A stretch of 64,000 nucleotides of DNA from Thermoanaerobaculia bacterium (GCA_963666565.1 OY762911.1:1152001-1216000), one strand, 5' to 3'; positions 29,323 to 42,835 are shown, counted from the first letter of the stretch. The notes: generated from the sequence alone by a model not told the origin. Numbers and translations are program-made.

Positions 29323-30054
29323 TCAGACCGACGTGCGGAGATTCTCGTTGGCGGTGATCGTCGCTCCGCTCGCTTTGTAGCGCTCCCGGCGCTCCTTGCT
29401 GAAGCTGTCGACCTCGTCCTTCGGCACGCCGTAGGCCACTCCCCTGTCCACGCCGGGGCGCGCGCGAACGCGCTTCATCCAGTCCACGACGGCGGGCTGG
29501 GTCGTGATGTCGACCTTGGCCCACTTGTACGCCCGGATCCACGGGAACGCGGCGATGTCGGCAACGGTGAAGTCGTCCCCGCAGATGTAGGGGTGCTTCT
29601 CGAACCGGCGGCCGAGAATCGCCACCAGCCGGAGCGACTCCCTCCCGAACCGTTCCAGCGGGTGCGCCTTCTCCTCGTCGGGCACGTCGATGTAGCGCGT
29701 GTAGCTCACCATGTTGCCGAACGCCGGTCCCAGGTTGGCGGCCTGCCAGTAGAGCCACGGGAGCACGTTCCAGCGCCGCTCGTCCGTCGGCAAGAGCGAA
29801 GTCGGGTACCTCTCCCCGAGGTACTGCAGGATGGCGCAGCTCTCCATGACGGCGCGGCCGTCGTCCACCAGGGCCGGTTGCTTCTGGTTCGGGTTGACGG
29901 CGGTGAACTCGGGCGTGAACTGCTCGCCGGCCGAGAGGTCGACCATGTGGATGCGCGTCTCGGGCAGTTCGACTCCCGCTTCGCGTAGCTCCTCCAGCAT
30001 GATCGAGATCTTCCAGCCGTTGGGCGTCGCGCCCATGTAGACGTCAAGAGCCAT
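29323..30054 (-). CDS. Glutathione S-transferase (YfcG/YghU-like)
   Basis: TPNGWKISIMLEEL, NPNQKQPAL, ESCAILQYL, TVADIA. Confidence 0.92.
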   Translation of the reverse strand: MALDVYMGATPNGWKISIMLEELREAGVELPETRIHMVDLSAGEQFTPEFTAVNPNQKQPALVDDGRAVMESCAILQYLGERYPTSLLPTDERRWNVLPWLYWQAANLGPAFGNMVSYTRYIDVPDEEKAHPLERFGRESLRLVAILGRRFEKHPYICGDDFTVADIAAFPWIRAYKWAKVDITTQPAVVDWMKRVRARPGVDRGVAYGVPKDEVDSFSKERRERYKASGATITANENLRTSV

Positions 30055-30074
30055 GCCGCGTTTCCTCCTCCTCG

Positions 30075-30177
30075 ATGCCGGCGACGATCATCGGCGGTCC
30101 GATGACGTTGGCCTTGCCGTCGTCCAGGGTGACGAGCGCCACGTCGCCGACCTGTTAGTAGTGGTCCGTTCCGTCAT
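30075..30177 (-). pseudogene. 5' relic of a crotonase/enoyl-CoA hydratase gene
   Basis: ATG ACG GAA CGG, then a frameshift and TAA, then QVGDVALVTLDDGKANVIGPPMI, a typical crotonase N-terminus; truncated at the GST RBS. Confidence 0.55.
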
Positions 30178-30215
30178 GAGCCTCGGTTCCTTCGTCGTTT
30201 CGCTCGATTGGGTGC

Positions 30216-31412
30216 TCAGATCGTGCGCCCGACGATCCACGCGCCGGCGACGAAGGTAGCCAGCACGCTGCCCAGGTTGCACAGGACGACGACCAGGAGG
30301 ATGCGGGTGAGGCGATTGCTCCAGAAGCCGCGGACGGAACCGAGGCTGTCGGCGAGGTTCTCCATGTCCGCAACCAGGGGCTTCCGGAGCAGAGCCTGGA
30401 TGAGGCCCGCGACCCAGCCGGCCGCCATCAACGGGTTCAGGCTGGTCAGGGGCGCGGCGGCGAAGGCGGTGAGGATCGTGACCGGATGGGCGAGGGCGAT
30501 GGCGGCGCCGAGGGCGGCGAGGCCGCCGTTCAGCGCGACCCAGATGTACACCGATTCGACGGTGCGCTCCCGGTCGCCCCAGACGAGACCGTAGGCGAAG
30601 AGGGCGACGATGAGGATCGGCGCCAGCCAGGCGACGACGCGCGGCCACACGGGCGGGTCCGGCACCTGTTCGAGTTCCTTGAGGTTGCACGAGGAGTCGG
30701 CGAGGCCGGAGATGCCCGGCAGGTGCCCGGCGCCGACCACGGCGACCGTCCGCGGGCCGGCGGACTGGCGCAGCTTCTCGGCCATGTAGGCGTCGCGCTC
30801 GTCGATCAGCGTGCCCTTGACGGTGGGCAGCGCCTCGGCCAGGGCGCTCATCAGGTCGCTCAGGTTGCCGCTGTCGCGCAGCTTCTCGATGTCCTCTTCG
30901 TCGAGGTCGTCGCCGACGAAGACGCTGCCGGTCAACTGGGTCATCACCTTCATCCGCTGCCAGAAGCCGAGCGACGACCAGGTCCGCTTGAGCGAGATCT
31001 GGATGTCGCGGTCGATCAGCTCCAGCCGGGCGCCGCGGTCCCTCGCCTGGGCGATGGCCGCCCGCATCTCGGCGCCGGGTTCGATGCCGAAGCGCTGCGC
31101 GATGCGGCGCTGGAAGGAGTGCATGAGGAAGGAGCTCAGCAGGAGCGCCGCCTTGCCCTCGCGCAGGACCTGGAAGATGTCGAGATTGCGCCAGGACTCC
31201 TGGTTCTCCAGGTTCTGGTAGCGCGCCTCGCAGAGCTCGACGCAGACGGTGTCGGGCTCGACCGCTTCGATCGTCTCGTTCGTGTCGCGGACGCTCTGGG
31301 GCGAGACGTGGGCGGTGCCGACCAGGAAGACCTCGCGGTCGTCGAGGGCGATCTGCCGCACGGAGGCGGGCAGGTCTGGACGCGGCGGCTGGCTCGCGGT
31401 TTCGACGGTCAT
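30216..31412 (-). CDS. TraB/GumN-family protein (pheromone-shutdown TraB type)
   Basis: LVGTAHVS, VCVELC, PGAEM, DRDI, LIDERDAYM, VGAGHLPGI; C-terminal TMs. Confidence 0.92.
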   Translation of the reverse strand: MTVETASQPPRPDLPASVRQIALDDREVFLVGTAHVSPQSVRDTNETIEAVEPDTVCVELCEARYQNLENQESWRNLDIFQVLREGKAALLLSSFLMHSFQRRIAQRFGIEPGAEMRAAIAQARDRGARLELIDRDIQISLKRTWSSLGFWQRMKVMTQLTGSVFVGDDLDEEDIEKLRDSGNLSDLMSALAEALPTVKGTLIDERDAYMAEKLRQSAGPRTVAVVGAGHLPGISGLADSSCNLKELEQVPDPPVWPRVVAWLAPILIVALFAYGLVWGDRERTVESVYIWVALNGGLAALGAAIALAHPVTILTAFAAAPLTSLNPLMAAGWVAGLIQALLRKPLVADMENLADSLGSVRGFWSNRLTRILLVVVLCNLGSVLATFVAGAWIVGRTI

Positions 31413-31474
31413 GGCAGCGCGGAAGCGTAGCCCACGCGGCAGCCGTTAGGGACGGCCTTCGGTACGCTCTCGGC

Positions 31475-33103
31475 GTGCGCGGTGGATGGAGGCAAGGCGG
31501 GAGATGGTCGCAGGTCTGGAACGGTAGCCTCCTGGCCGCCTTCGGCGGCAGCGGGTCAGAGGACCCGCGCACCCGGCGGAACGGTGGCCGCGCTCGGCGC
31601 CGTCCGCGAACCGGGCGGAACGTTCGTCGCCGGCCACTCGCGGCCCTGGCGGCGGCCGCGGCGTTCGCACTGGCCTGCGGAGCGCCCGACCCCGGACCGC
31701 CGAACGTCGTCCTGATCCTCGCGGACGATCTGGGCTACGGCGACGTCGGCGTCTACGGCAGCGAGATCATCTCGACGCCGCACATCGACGCGCTGGCGGC
31801 GAGCGGCGTGCTCTTCACCGCCGGCTACGTCAGCCACCCGGTGTGCAGCCCGTCGCGGGCCGGCCTGATCACCGGCCGCTACCAGCAGCGCCACGGCTGG
31901 GAGTTCAACCCGGCAGGCCGCGACGTGGCGGCCGGCATGAGCGTCGACGAGACGACGATCGCCGACCGGATGAAGGCGCTCGGCTACCGCACCGGCATGG
32001 TCGGCAAGTGGCATCTGGGCCACCAGGAAGAGCACCACCCGATGAGCCGCGGCTTCGACGAGTACTTCGGCGTGCTCGAAGGCGCCAGCCTCTTCGTCGA
32101 CTCCAGCCTGCCCGGCGTCGAGTACGGCTCGCTTCGCGGCGAGGAAGGGCCGACCGAGCGCCGCAACAAGGTGCTGCGCGGCTTCGAGGAGGAGAAGATC
32201 GAGCGTTACCTGACCGACGTGTTCACCGACGAGGCGACGGGCTTCATCGAGCGAAGCGCCGGCGGCGACGAGCCGTTCTTCCTCTTCCTGAGTCACACGA
32301 CGCCGCACACGCCGCTCCAGGCGACGGCCGAGTACCTCGACGGCCACCGCCACATCGAGGATCCGCGCACCCGGGTCTACGCGGCGATGGTCGCCTCGCT
32401 CGACGAGAGCGTGCGCCGCGTGGTCGAGACGCTCAAGGCGCAGGGCGTGTACGAGAACACGCTGATCGCCTTCGCCAGCGACAACGGCTGCGCCGGCTAC
32501 ATCGGCCACGCCTGCTCGAACGGCCCTCTGTTCGGCTTCAAGCGCTACCACCACGAGGGCGGCGTGCGCGTCCCCTTCATCATGAGCTGGCCGCGCCGGA
32601 TCGAGGGCGGCCGGACGATGGCCGATCCGGTGATCACCCTTGACTACGCGGCCACGTTCACGGCCGCCGCCGGCGAAGAGGCCGACACCGGCGACAGCGT
32701 GAACCTGCTGCCCTGGATGACGGGCGAGGCGGACGGCGCGCCGCACGAGTACCTCTACTGGCGGGCCGGCGCGACCCTCGCGATCCGGGACGCGCGGCAC
32801 AAGCTGATCAAGCTGAACCGCACCGACTTCCGCCCCGACAACCTGCGCGCCGACGGCCGTCTGCAGCCGCCGGAGGGCGGCTGGCCGACCGACTCGCCGC
32901 ACGGCCAGCTCACCCTGCTGTACGACCTCGACGCGGATGTTGGCGAGATGCACAATCTGGCCGCGGAGCAGCCGGAGATCGTCGCTCGTCTGGAAGCGGA
33001 GCTGGACGACTGGCGGGCCACCCTGGCGACCGAGCAGATCCTGCCCGGCGTCCGGTCCACTCTCGCCGAGATCGATGGAGAGTGGGTGCAGTTGGTATTC
33101 TGA
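31475..33103 (+). CDS. Arylsulfatase-family sulfatase (probable lipoprotein); start uncertain
   Basis: PNVVLILADDLGYGD, formylglycine motif CSPSRAGL, GKWHLG, SDNG; lipobox-like ALAC. Confidence 0.88.
   Translation: MRGGWRQGGRWSQVWNGSLLAAFGGSGSEDPRTRRNGGRARRRPRTGRNVRRRPLAALAAAAAFALACGAPDPGPPNVVLILADDLGYGDVGVYGSEIISTPHIDALAASGVLFTAGYVSHPVCSPSRAGLITGRYQQRHGWEFNPAGRDVAAGMSVDETTIADRMKALGYRTGMVGKWHLGHQEEHHPMSRGFDEYFGVLEGASLFVDSSLPGVEYGSLRGEEGPTERRNKVLRGFEEEKIERYLTDVFTDEATGFIERSAGGDEPFFLFLSHTTPHTPLQATAEYLDGHRHIEDPRTRVYAAMVASLDESVRRVVETLKAQGVYENTLIAFASDNGCAGYIGHACSNGPLFGFKRYHHEGGVRVPFIMSWPRRIEGGRTMADPVITLDYAATFTAAAGEEADTGDSVNLLPWMTGEADGAPHEYLYWRAGATLAIRDARHKLIKLNRTDFRPDNLRADGRLQPPEGGWPTDSPHGQLTLLYDLDADVGEMHNLAAEQPEIVARLEAELDDWRATLATEQILPGVRSTLAEIDGEWVQLVF
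31532..31576 (-). repeat. REP-like repeat, within the predicted sulfatase 5' region
   Basis: ctggccgccttcggcggcagcgggtcagaggacccgcgcacccgg. Confidence 0.85.
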
Positions 33104-33127
33104 GCCGCCTGCGGACGCGGCGAGCTG

Positions 33128-34945
33128 ATGAACGGTAACCCGAAGAACGCCGAGCGCGGCCTGTGGCCTCCGCGCCGCCGGGTTCTGGCTGCGCTGGCGC
33201 TGGCGCTTGCCGTGGCGGCCGTCCTGCTGTTCCGTGTCCGGCAGGACGTGGGCCAGGCGCGCATCGACCTGCGGATGGCGGAGGCGGCGACGGCGGGCAA
33301 GGACTTCGATGGTCTCGCCGAGCGGGCGCCCGAACTGCTCAGTCTCGCCGCGCGGCAGGCGGCCGGCGAGGGCCGATGGCGGGAGGTCGCGGCGCTCTAC
33401 GAGGAGTACGCCGAGCATCTTCCGCCGGCCCTGCTGGCCGCCGCGGAGGTGGAGCTCGGACGGAACCGCGCAGTCGGCGAACAGGCGTCCGAACCGGACG
33501 CCGAGGGTGGCGAAAGAGCCGAGGGCGTCGAAAGAGCCGAGGGTGGCGAAGGAGCCGAGGGCGCCGAAAGGGCCGAAGGGACCGAAGCGGCGCCGGCCAC
33601 GGCGCTGCCCGCCGGCGAAACGCCGCCCCTCTCGGCCTTCGAGCGGCGCCTCCGCCGGGCCCAGCAGGTCGACGCCTCGGGCGTCCAGCAACTGCTGTTC
33701 GACCGCCGGGGCCGCCCGCTCGGATCGATCGGCGACGACCGCTCGGTGACCCTGGAAGACGACCTGCCGGCGGGCCTGGTGCCCCCGGAACTGGCGACCC
33801 ACCTGCTGCCTCCGGCGCTCCAGCCGCCGGGCCTCGCCGCCGCCGGGCCGGGAGCGATGGCCGCGGCCGCTGCCGGCGCGCGGGCGCTTCGCCTGACGAT
33901 CGACCGGGCCTGGAGCGAGGCGGCCGACCGGGCGCTCGGACGGGAGGAGGGCGCGATCGCCATCCTCGAGATCCCGTCGGGCGCCGTGCTGGCCGCGGTC
34001 AGCAACCGGAACCGGCGAAGCCGCTGGCGGGCGCGCGGCGACAGCGTGCTCGACCCGCGCGAACCGGCCTCGATCGCCAAGCTGATCACGACGACCGCCG
34101 CCATGCGCGCCGGCCTCGACCCGGACGGCGAGATCGCCGACATGACCTGCCGCGGCTCGGTGCTGATGGGCGGCGAGCGCCTCTACTGCGCCGCCATCGG
34201 CGGCCGGCTCCGCGGGCTCGCGGACGCGATGGCCAGTAGCTGCAACGTCGCCTTTGCCCGACTCGCGATGGACGTCGGCGACAGGGCCCTGGTGGAGGAG
34301 TACGAGCGCTACGGCTTCACGATCGGCGGCCCTCAGGGCGAAGCCGTGCCGAGGAGCGCGGTCGGCGTGGTGCATCGATACCGTCATCCCGGCAAGCGGC
34401 TCGGCGAACTCGCCGTCGGCCTGGAGGAGGCGTCCATCACGCCGCTGGGCGCGGCCGTGTTCGCCGCCACGCTGGCGGACGGGCAGCGGCGCGAACCGAG
34501 GTTCGTGCTGCAGGCGGACGGACTGCTCGGCATCTCGCCGCGGACGCCGGTCGGTGCCGACGCGCGGCCGGTCGCCGTGCTGGACCCGTCCTGGCTGCCG
34601 GCGCTCCACGAGTCGATGCGCGCCGTCGTGGCGCCGGGCGGCACGGCGAACCGGGTGGCGCCGAAGCGCCTGCGGGTGGCGATGAAGACGGGGACGGCGC
34701 GCGATCCCGACAAGCCGTTCCACGTGAACTACGTCGGCTTCTTCCCGTCCGGCGGCGGGCAGCCGCCGCGGTACGCCTTCGCGGTCCGGGTGACCGCGCA
34801 GTCGACGTCGGCTCGCGTGCGCCGCGCGGGCTACGCGGTGACGAACCGGCTGCTGCGCGCCCTCGACGGGCTGGCCGGCGACGAGATCGAGGCCGCCGCC
34901 CGGAGCGCGGTGCGGCTGACGGGAGCGACCGGAGCGGGACCGTGA
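33128..34945 (+). CDS. Penicillin-binding transpeptidase-domain protein
   Basis: SxxK (PASIAK), SxN (SSCN), KTGT; N-terminal TM. Confidence 0.85.
   Translation: MNGNPKNAERGLWPPRRRVLAALALALAVAAVLLFRVRQDVGQARIDLRMAEAATAGKDFDGLAERAPELLSLAARQAAGEGRWREVAALYEEYAEHLPPALLAAAEVELGRNRAVGEQASEPDAEGGERAEGVERAEGGEGAEGAERAEGTEAAPATALPAGETPPLSAFERRLRRAQQVDASGVQQLLFDRRGRPLGSIGDDRSVTLEDDLPAGLVPPELATHLLPPALQPPGLAAAGPGAMAAAAAGARALRLTIDRAWSEAADRALGREEGAIAILEIPSGAVLAAVSNRNRRSRWRARGDSVLDPREPASIAKLITTTAAMRAGLDPDGEIADMTCRGSVLMGGERLYCAAIGGRLRGLADAMASSCNVAFARLAMDVGDRALVEEYERYGFTIGGPQGEAVPRSAVGVVHRYRHPGKRLGELAVGLEEASITPLGAAVFAATLADGQRREPRFVLQADGLLGISPRTPVGADARPVAVLDPSWLPALHESMRAVVAPGGTANRVAPKRLRVAMKTGTARDPDKPFHVNYVGFFPSGGGQPPRYAFAVRVTAQSTSARVRRAGYAVTNRLLRALDGLAGDEIEAAARSAVRLTGATGAGP
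33500..33589 (+). repeat. 5 x 18-bp in-frame tandem repeat (AEGxER)
   Basis: gccgagggtggcgaaaga-like units. Confidence 0.85.
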
Positions 34946-37865
34946 CCCAGGACGCGGGCTCGTCTCCGCGGCCCGCGCGACGCCGCTACCGGCCGGCCAT
35001 CGGCCCCCGGCTGAAGCCGCTCCTGTGGGTGGTCTTCGGCCTGTTCGCGCTGCTGGCCGTGAACTCGTTCTACCTCTCCGGCGTTCGCGTCGCCGAGGCG
35101 GCGACCGGCGAGACGTACCAGAACTGGTTCTACATCTCGATGTTCCTGCTCCACCTGGCGGTGGGCGGACTGTTCGTCGTGCCGGTCATCTGGTTCGGCC
35201 TGGCGCACATGCGCAACGCCCGCAACCGCCCCAACCGGCGGGCGGTGAAGGTCGGCTACGCGCTGTTCGGGACGGCGCTTGCGCTCCTGTTCAGCGGCAT
35301 CGTGCTGACCCGCGTCGAGGGCGTGATCACCGTGAACGACCCGGCGGTGCGCGGCGTCGCCTACTGGATCCACGTGCTGGCGCCGCTGGTGGCGGCGTGG
35401 CTGTTCGTGCTGCACCGGCTTGCCGGCAAGCGGATCGACTGGCGGATCGGCGGGCGGGTGGCGGCGGCGGCCGTGGTGCTGGTCGGGGTGGCGCTCGTGC
35501 TGCAGTTCCAGGATCCGCGGGCCTGGAACGTCGAGGGTCCGGAATCGGGCGAGCAGTACTTCTTCCCGTCGCTGGCGCGCACCGCGAGCGGCGGCTTCAT
35601 CCCGGAGCGGGCGCTGATGAACGACGCCTACTGCATCGAATGTCACGCCGACGTCCACGAGCGCTGGAGCTACAGCGCCCACCGGTTCAGCTCGTTCAAC
35701 AACCCGGCATACAGCTTCTCCGTGCAGCAGACGCGTGAGAAGGCGTACGAACGCTCGGGCGACGTGCAGGCGTCCCGCTTTTGCGCCGGCTGCCACGACC
35801 CGGTGGTCTTCTTCTCGGGCGCCTTCGACGACCCGGACTTCGACATCGACCAGCCGGCCGCCCACGCCGGCATCACCTGCACGTCCTGCCACGCGATCAC
35901 CCACATCAACAGCCCGCGCGGCAACGCCGACTACACGATCGAGGAACCCCAGCACTACCCGTTCGCGTTCTCGGACTCGCCGCTGCTCCAGTTCGTCAAC
36001 CAGCAACTGATCAAGGCGAAGCCGGAGCTGCACAAGCGGACCTTCCTCAAGCCCCTGCACACGACGTCCGAGTTCTGCGGCGCCTGCCACAAGGTCCACC
36101 TGCCGGAGGAACTGAACCACTACAAGTTCCTGCGCGGGCAGAACCACTACGACTCGCACCTGCTCTCGGGCGTGTCGGGGCACGGCGTGGCGAGCTTCTA
36201 CTACCCGCCGGAGGCCGAGCCGAACTGCAACGGCTGCCACATGGAGCTGCTGCCGTCGGAGGACTTCGGCGCCCGGCGCTACCCGGAGAGCGAGCAGCCG
36301 GACGTCACGCAGGTCCACGACCACCTCTTCCCGTCGGCGAACACCGGCATTCCCCATCTGCTCGGCTTTCCGGACTGGGTGATCGAGGCGCACCGTGAGT
36401 TCAACGAGGGCGTCGTCGACGTCGACATCTTCGGCGTCAAGCCGGGCGGCGGGATCGAGGACGAGCTGATCGCCCCGATCCGGCCGGAGGTGCCGGCGCT
36501 CGAGCCGGGCGAGGAGTACCTGCTGGAGGTCGTCGTCCGCACGCTCGGCCTTGGCCACCACCTGACCCAGGGCACGGCGGACTCGAACCAGCTCTGGCTG
36601 GACGTCGCCGTGCGCGACGGCGCGGGCCGGCTGCTGGGCCGCAGCGGCGGCTTGGGCGAGGGCAACCGGGTGGATCCCTGGTCGCACTTCGTCAACGTCT
36701 ACATGCTCGACCGGGAGGGGGCGCGAATCGACCGCCGCAACGCCGAGGACATCTTCGTGCCGCTCTACGATCACCAGATTCCGCCGGGAGCAGCCGACGT
36801 GGTCCACTACCGGTTGGAGACGCCGCGCGCCGCCGCCGCCGCCAGCCTGACGGTCGAGGCCGTGCTCCGCTACCGGAAGTTCGACACGACGTACCTGCGC
36901 TACATCTACGGCGAGGACGCGGTCAACGAGTTGCCGATCCTCGACCTGGCCCGGGACACGGTGACGTTCACCTTGGCCGGCGCCCGAGATCGCGAGGATG
37001 CGGGTGGCGCCACCCGCGTCACGGGCGAACCGCAACCTGCGCCCGATGCCGCACGGGCGGAGGGGCGCTCCGGCGTCATGGCCGCGTCGGGCGCCTCGGT
37101 CCGGCAACCGGGCAAGCAGCTCTGGCAGCGCTGGAACGACTACGGCATCGGCCTGCTGCGCAAGGGCGGCGCCGGCCGGGGCGAACTGCGGCAGGCGATC
37201 GAGGCGTTCACGCGGGTCGAGGAACTGGGGCGCCCCGACGGACCGCTCAACCTCGCCCGCGTCTACCTGGCGCAGGGCACGGTGCGGGACGACGCGATCG
37301 CGGCGCTGGAGCGGGCGGCTACCTTCGAGCCGCCGGCGCCGAGTTGGTCCGTGGCCTGGTTCTCGGGACTGGTCAACCTGCAGAACGGCGCGGTGGACGA
37401 GGCCATCGCCAACTTCCGCTCGATCCTCGATGCCGACAGCGAGGAGATGCGCCGGCGCGGCTTCGACTTCAGCCGCGACGTGCGGTTGCACAACGAACTC
37501 GGCCTGGCCCTGTTCGAGCGCGCCAAGCGCGAACGCGGCCCGGCCCGGGCCGATTCGCGGGCGGAGAGGCTGCACGAGGCCCGCGAGTCGTTCGAGCGGG
37601 CGCTTGTCATCGATCCGGAGAACGTGGCGGCCCACTACAACCTCGGCCTGATCCACGCTCAGCTCGGCGACCCCGAGAGCGCGGTCCGCCACCGCGAACT
37701 GCACGCGCGCTACAAGCCGGACGACAACGCCCGCGACAGGGCCATCGCGATTGCGCGCCGCGCCGACCCGGCTGCCGATCATGCGGCCGAGGCGATCGTC
37801 ATCTACGACCTGCATCGGCCCGGGCGGTTCGAGGGCGACCGGGCCGGCGTCGCCGGAGGCGGCGG

Positions 37866-37869
<4 letters not shown>
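34942..37869 (+). CDS. Membrane-anchored multiheme c-type cytochrome with C-terminal TPRs
   Basis: N-terminal TMs; five CxxCH (CIECH, CAGCH, CTSCH, CGACH, CNGCH); TPR motifs WNDYGIGLL, AHYNLGLIH. Confidence 0.85.
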
Positions 37870-39977
<2,108 letters not shown>

Positions 39978-39998
<21 letters not shown>

Positions 39999-40021
39999 CC
40001 CGCTGCCGCCGTAGGCGGCCG
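39978..40021 (+). repeat. REP-like repeat supplying the CRTAC1 stop codon
   Basis: ccgggtgcgcgggtcttcTGAcccgc encodes PGARVF*. Confidence 0.85.
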
Positions 40022-40083
40022 GAAGAGATGCGCCGGCCGCCTTCGCCCGCGGGCGGTGTACAGTTGACCACTCGCTCCCTGCG

Positions 40084-41475
40084 ATGAAAACGCTCCGCAC
40101 CGGTCTGGTTCGGGCGCTGCCGATACTCCTTGCCGGCCTGCTGCCGGCCGGCGTCGCCGCGCAACGAATCGTCCTCACGGACGTCAACATCATCGACGGC
40201 AACGGCGGTCCGGTCCAGGAGGACATGACGATCGTCATCGAGGGCGAGCGGATCGCGTCGATCACGGAGGGCGGCTACCAGGCCACGGACGGCGGCGACG
40301 GCGCCGATGTCCACGACCTCGACGGCGCCTGGGTACTGCCCGGCTTCTGGAACATGCACGTGCACCTCAGCGTGATGTTCCCGCACAACCACGCCCTGGA
40401 CGACGAACTGGTGCCGTCCAAGGTCATCCGCGCGGGGCTGAACGCGATCGACGGGCTGCGGCACGGCTTCACCAGCATCCGCTCCGTGGGCGAGCAGGAC
40501 TACATCGACGTCGCCTGGGGTTTGGCGTTCGACCAGGGGTTCTTCCTCGGTCCGCGGGTCTTCGGCAGCGGGGAGCCGGTCAGCCCGACTGCCGGGCACC
40601 GCGGCTCGGTCGCCGAGGGCGCCGACGGCGTGGCCGCGATCCGCAGGGAGGTGCGGAAGCGGGTTCAGAACGGCGCCCGGGCGATCAAGCTGTTCAGCGT
40701 CGAGATGCTGCCGGACGAACTTGAGGCGGCGGTCGAGACCGCCGACAACCTGGGGGTTCACGTGACATCCCATGTCCGCGAGCCGGGGGCTTACGCCGCG
40801 GTCGCGGCCGGAGTCGACTGTCTCGAGCACGGCTACGGGCTGACCGACGAGACGATCGAGCTGATGGCGGAGAAGGGGACGTTCTACGACCCGACGATCA
40901 TCTGCAACCTGAGCGCGGAGTACATCGCCGAGCGGGAGGCGCGGCTGGCGGAGTTGGGCTACGCGGAAGACGAGGAGATCGTGCGGCTGCGGACGATGGT
41001 CGCCTTCGCCGACGAACGGTCGCCGGAGTTTGCACGCGAACAGCGGCGCATCCTGAAGAAGTCGGCCGAGGCGGGCGTCAAGCTGCTGATCGGTTCGGAC
41101 TCGATGCCGATCGGCGAGATGGGATTCCTCGAGATGGAGCAGTTCGTCCTCTCCGGCGTCAGCGAGATGGACACGATCGTCGCGGCCACCCGCAACGGGG
41201 CCGAGATGCAGGGCCTGCTCGACGATCTCGGCACGGTCGAGGAGGGGAAGCTGGCCGACCTGGTCGTCCTGGGGGCCAACCCGCTTGAGAACATCTCGAA
41301 CATCCGCGAGACCGTGATGGTGCTCAAGGGCGGCGTGATCGTCGACCTCGACGCACAGCTCGGAACGTCGACCTACTGGGACTACTACGGATCGATGGAA
41401 CTGCCGGAGGGTTTCCTTGCGGAGTCCGAGGAGGCGGCCGGCTTCCAGCGCGGCAACACGGCAACGGATCAATAG
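40084..41475 (+). CDS. Amidohydrolase-family protein (secreted)
   Basis: LPGFWNMHVH, AIK, TSH, EHG, GSD, GTVEEGKLADLVV. Confidence 0.9.
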   Translation: MKTLRTGLVRALPILLAGLLPAGVAAQRIVLTDVNIIDGNGGPVQEDMTIVIEGERIASITEGGYQATDGGDGADVHDLDGAWVLPGFWNMHVHLSVMFPHNHALDDELVPSKVIRAGLNAIDGLRHGFTSIRSVGEQDYIDVAWGLAFDQGFFLGPRVFGSGEPVSPTAGHRGSVAEGADGVAAIRREVRKRVQNGARAIKLFSVEMLPDELEAAVETADNLGVHVTSHVREPGAYAAVAAGVDCLEHGYGLTDETIELMAEKGTFYDPTIICNLSAEYIAEREARLAELGYAEDEEIVRLRTMVAFADERSPEFAREQRRILKKSAEAGVKLLIGSDSMPIGEMGFLEMEQFVLSGVSEMDTIVAATRNGAEMQGLLDDLGTVEEGKLADLVVLGANPLENISNIRETVMVLKGGVIVDLDAQLGTSTYWDYYGSMELPEGFLAESEEAAGFQRGNTATDQ

Positions 41476-41505
41476 CGCGATCGGCGCATCGCAGGAGGAC
41501 GAGGG

Positions 41506-42822
41506 ATGAAGCGGAACACGAACGGGAACCGCGGAGTTCTTCTGGTGACTCTCGGTCTGCTGCTGCCGATCGGGGCCGTCGCGCAGACGACCGTTCTCGC
41601 CAACGCCACGGTCATCGACGCCACCGGCGCGCCGCCGATTGAGGACGCCGCGGTGGTCATCGAGGGCAACCGGATCGTGGCGATCCACACGCCGTCGTCC
41701 TCGGCGCCGGAACCCGGCGACGACGGCCGCGTCCTCGACCTCGGCGGCGCCTACGTCCTGCCGGGCCTGTGGAACAACCACTCCCACCTCGGCGACCTGC
41801 TGCCGGATCCGAAGGGCATGCTGCCGGACGAGCCGCTGCTGCGGGCCATGATCCGCGCCGGCCGCAACGCAATGGACGCGCTGAAGGCCGGCTTCACGAC
41901 GCTGCGGATCACCGGCGAGCGCGACTTCATGGACGTGGCCTGGAAGGAGGCCTTCGATGCCGGCGTCTTCGTCGGCCCGCGGATCGTCGCGGGCGGCCCG
42001 CCGCTCTCGACCGACGGCGATACGGACTGGCTGGTGCGGACCGGGAAGGGGCCGGAGGGGATCCGGGCGATCGTCGCCGACAACATCGCGAACGGGGTCC
42101 AGCTCATCAAGTTCCTGGGCAGCCGGATGCCGCCCGAGGAGTTGATCGCCGGGATCGAGGAAGCGCATCGACACGGCGTTCCGGTCACCATCCATGGCGG
42201 GGACAGGACGGCCCGGATCGCCGTCATGGCCGGCGCCGAGAGCATGGAGCACGGCAACGACCTCTCCGACGACACGATCCGGATGATGGCCGAGGCGGGG
42301 ATGTTCCTCGACCCGACGATCCAGTGCAACCTGAGCGACGAGTTCATCGTCGAGAGGGAACGGCTGATCGCGGAGGCCGGGTACGTTGCGCCGCCGGAAG
42401 TCATCGAAGGCCGGGTGCGGGTCTCCCGCGCCGACGAGCGCAGTCCGGAGTACGCGAACCACGCGCGCGACGTGATCAACAAGGCCTACGCGGCGGGCAT
42501 CCGGCTGACCACCGGCAGCGACTCGAACCCGATCTCCGAGATCGGGATTCTCGAGATCGAGCAGTTCGTCTTCCACGGCATCCCGGCGATGGGCGCCATC
42601 CAGGCGGCGACCCGCAACAGCGCCGAGATGATGGGCATGCTGGACGACCTGGGCACGGTCGAGGCCGGCAAGCTCGCCGACCTGATCGTGCTCGAGAAGA
42701 ACCCGCTCGAGCACATCTCGCACCTGCGCAGCCTGTCCATGGTGATCAAGGACGGCAAGATCGTGAACCGCTCGCAGGACGAGGGTCAGGCCAGCTTCTG
42801 GGAGCTGTACCTGCAGGACTGA
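41506..42822 (+). CDS. Amidohydrolase-family protein (tandem paralog)
   Basis: LPGLWNNHSH, EHG, GSD, GTVEAGKLADLIV. Confidence 0.9.
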   Translation: MKRNTNGNRGVLLVTLGLLLPIGAVAQTTVLANATVIDATGAPPIEDAAVVIEGNRIVAIHTPSSSAPEPGDDGRVLDLGGAYVLPGLWNNHSHLGDLLPDPKGMLPDEPLLRAMIRAGRNAMDALKAGFTTLRITGERDFMDVAWKEAFDAGVFVGPRIVAGGPPLSTDGDTDWLVRTGKGPEGIRAIVADNIANGVQLIKFLGSRMPPEELIAGIEEAHRHGVPVTIHGGDRTARIAVMAGAESMEHGNDLSDDTIRMMAEAGMFLDPTIQCNLSDEFIVERERLIAEAGYVAPPEVIEGRVRVSRADERSPEYANHARDVINKAYAAGIRLTTGSDSNPISEIGILEIEQFVFHGIPAMGAIQAATRNSAEMMGMLDDLGTVEAGKLADLIVLEKNPLEHISHLRSLSMVIKDGKIVNRSQDEGQASFWELYLQD

Positions 42823-42835
42823 AGGGGAGGCGCAG

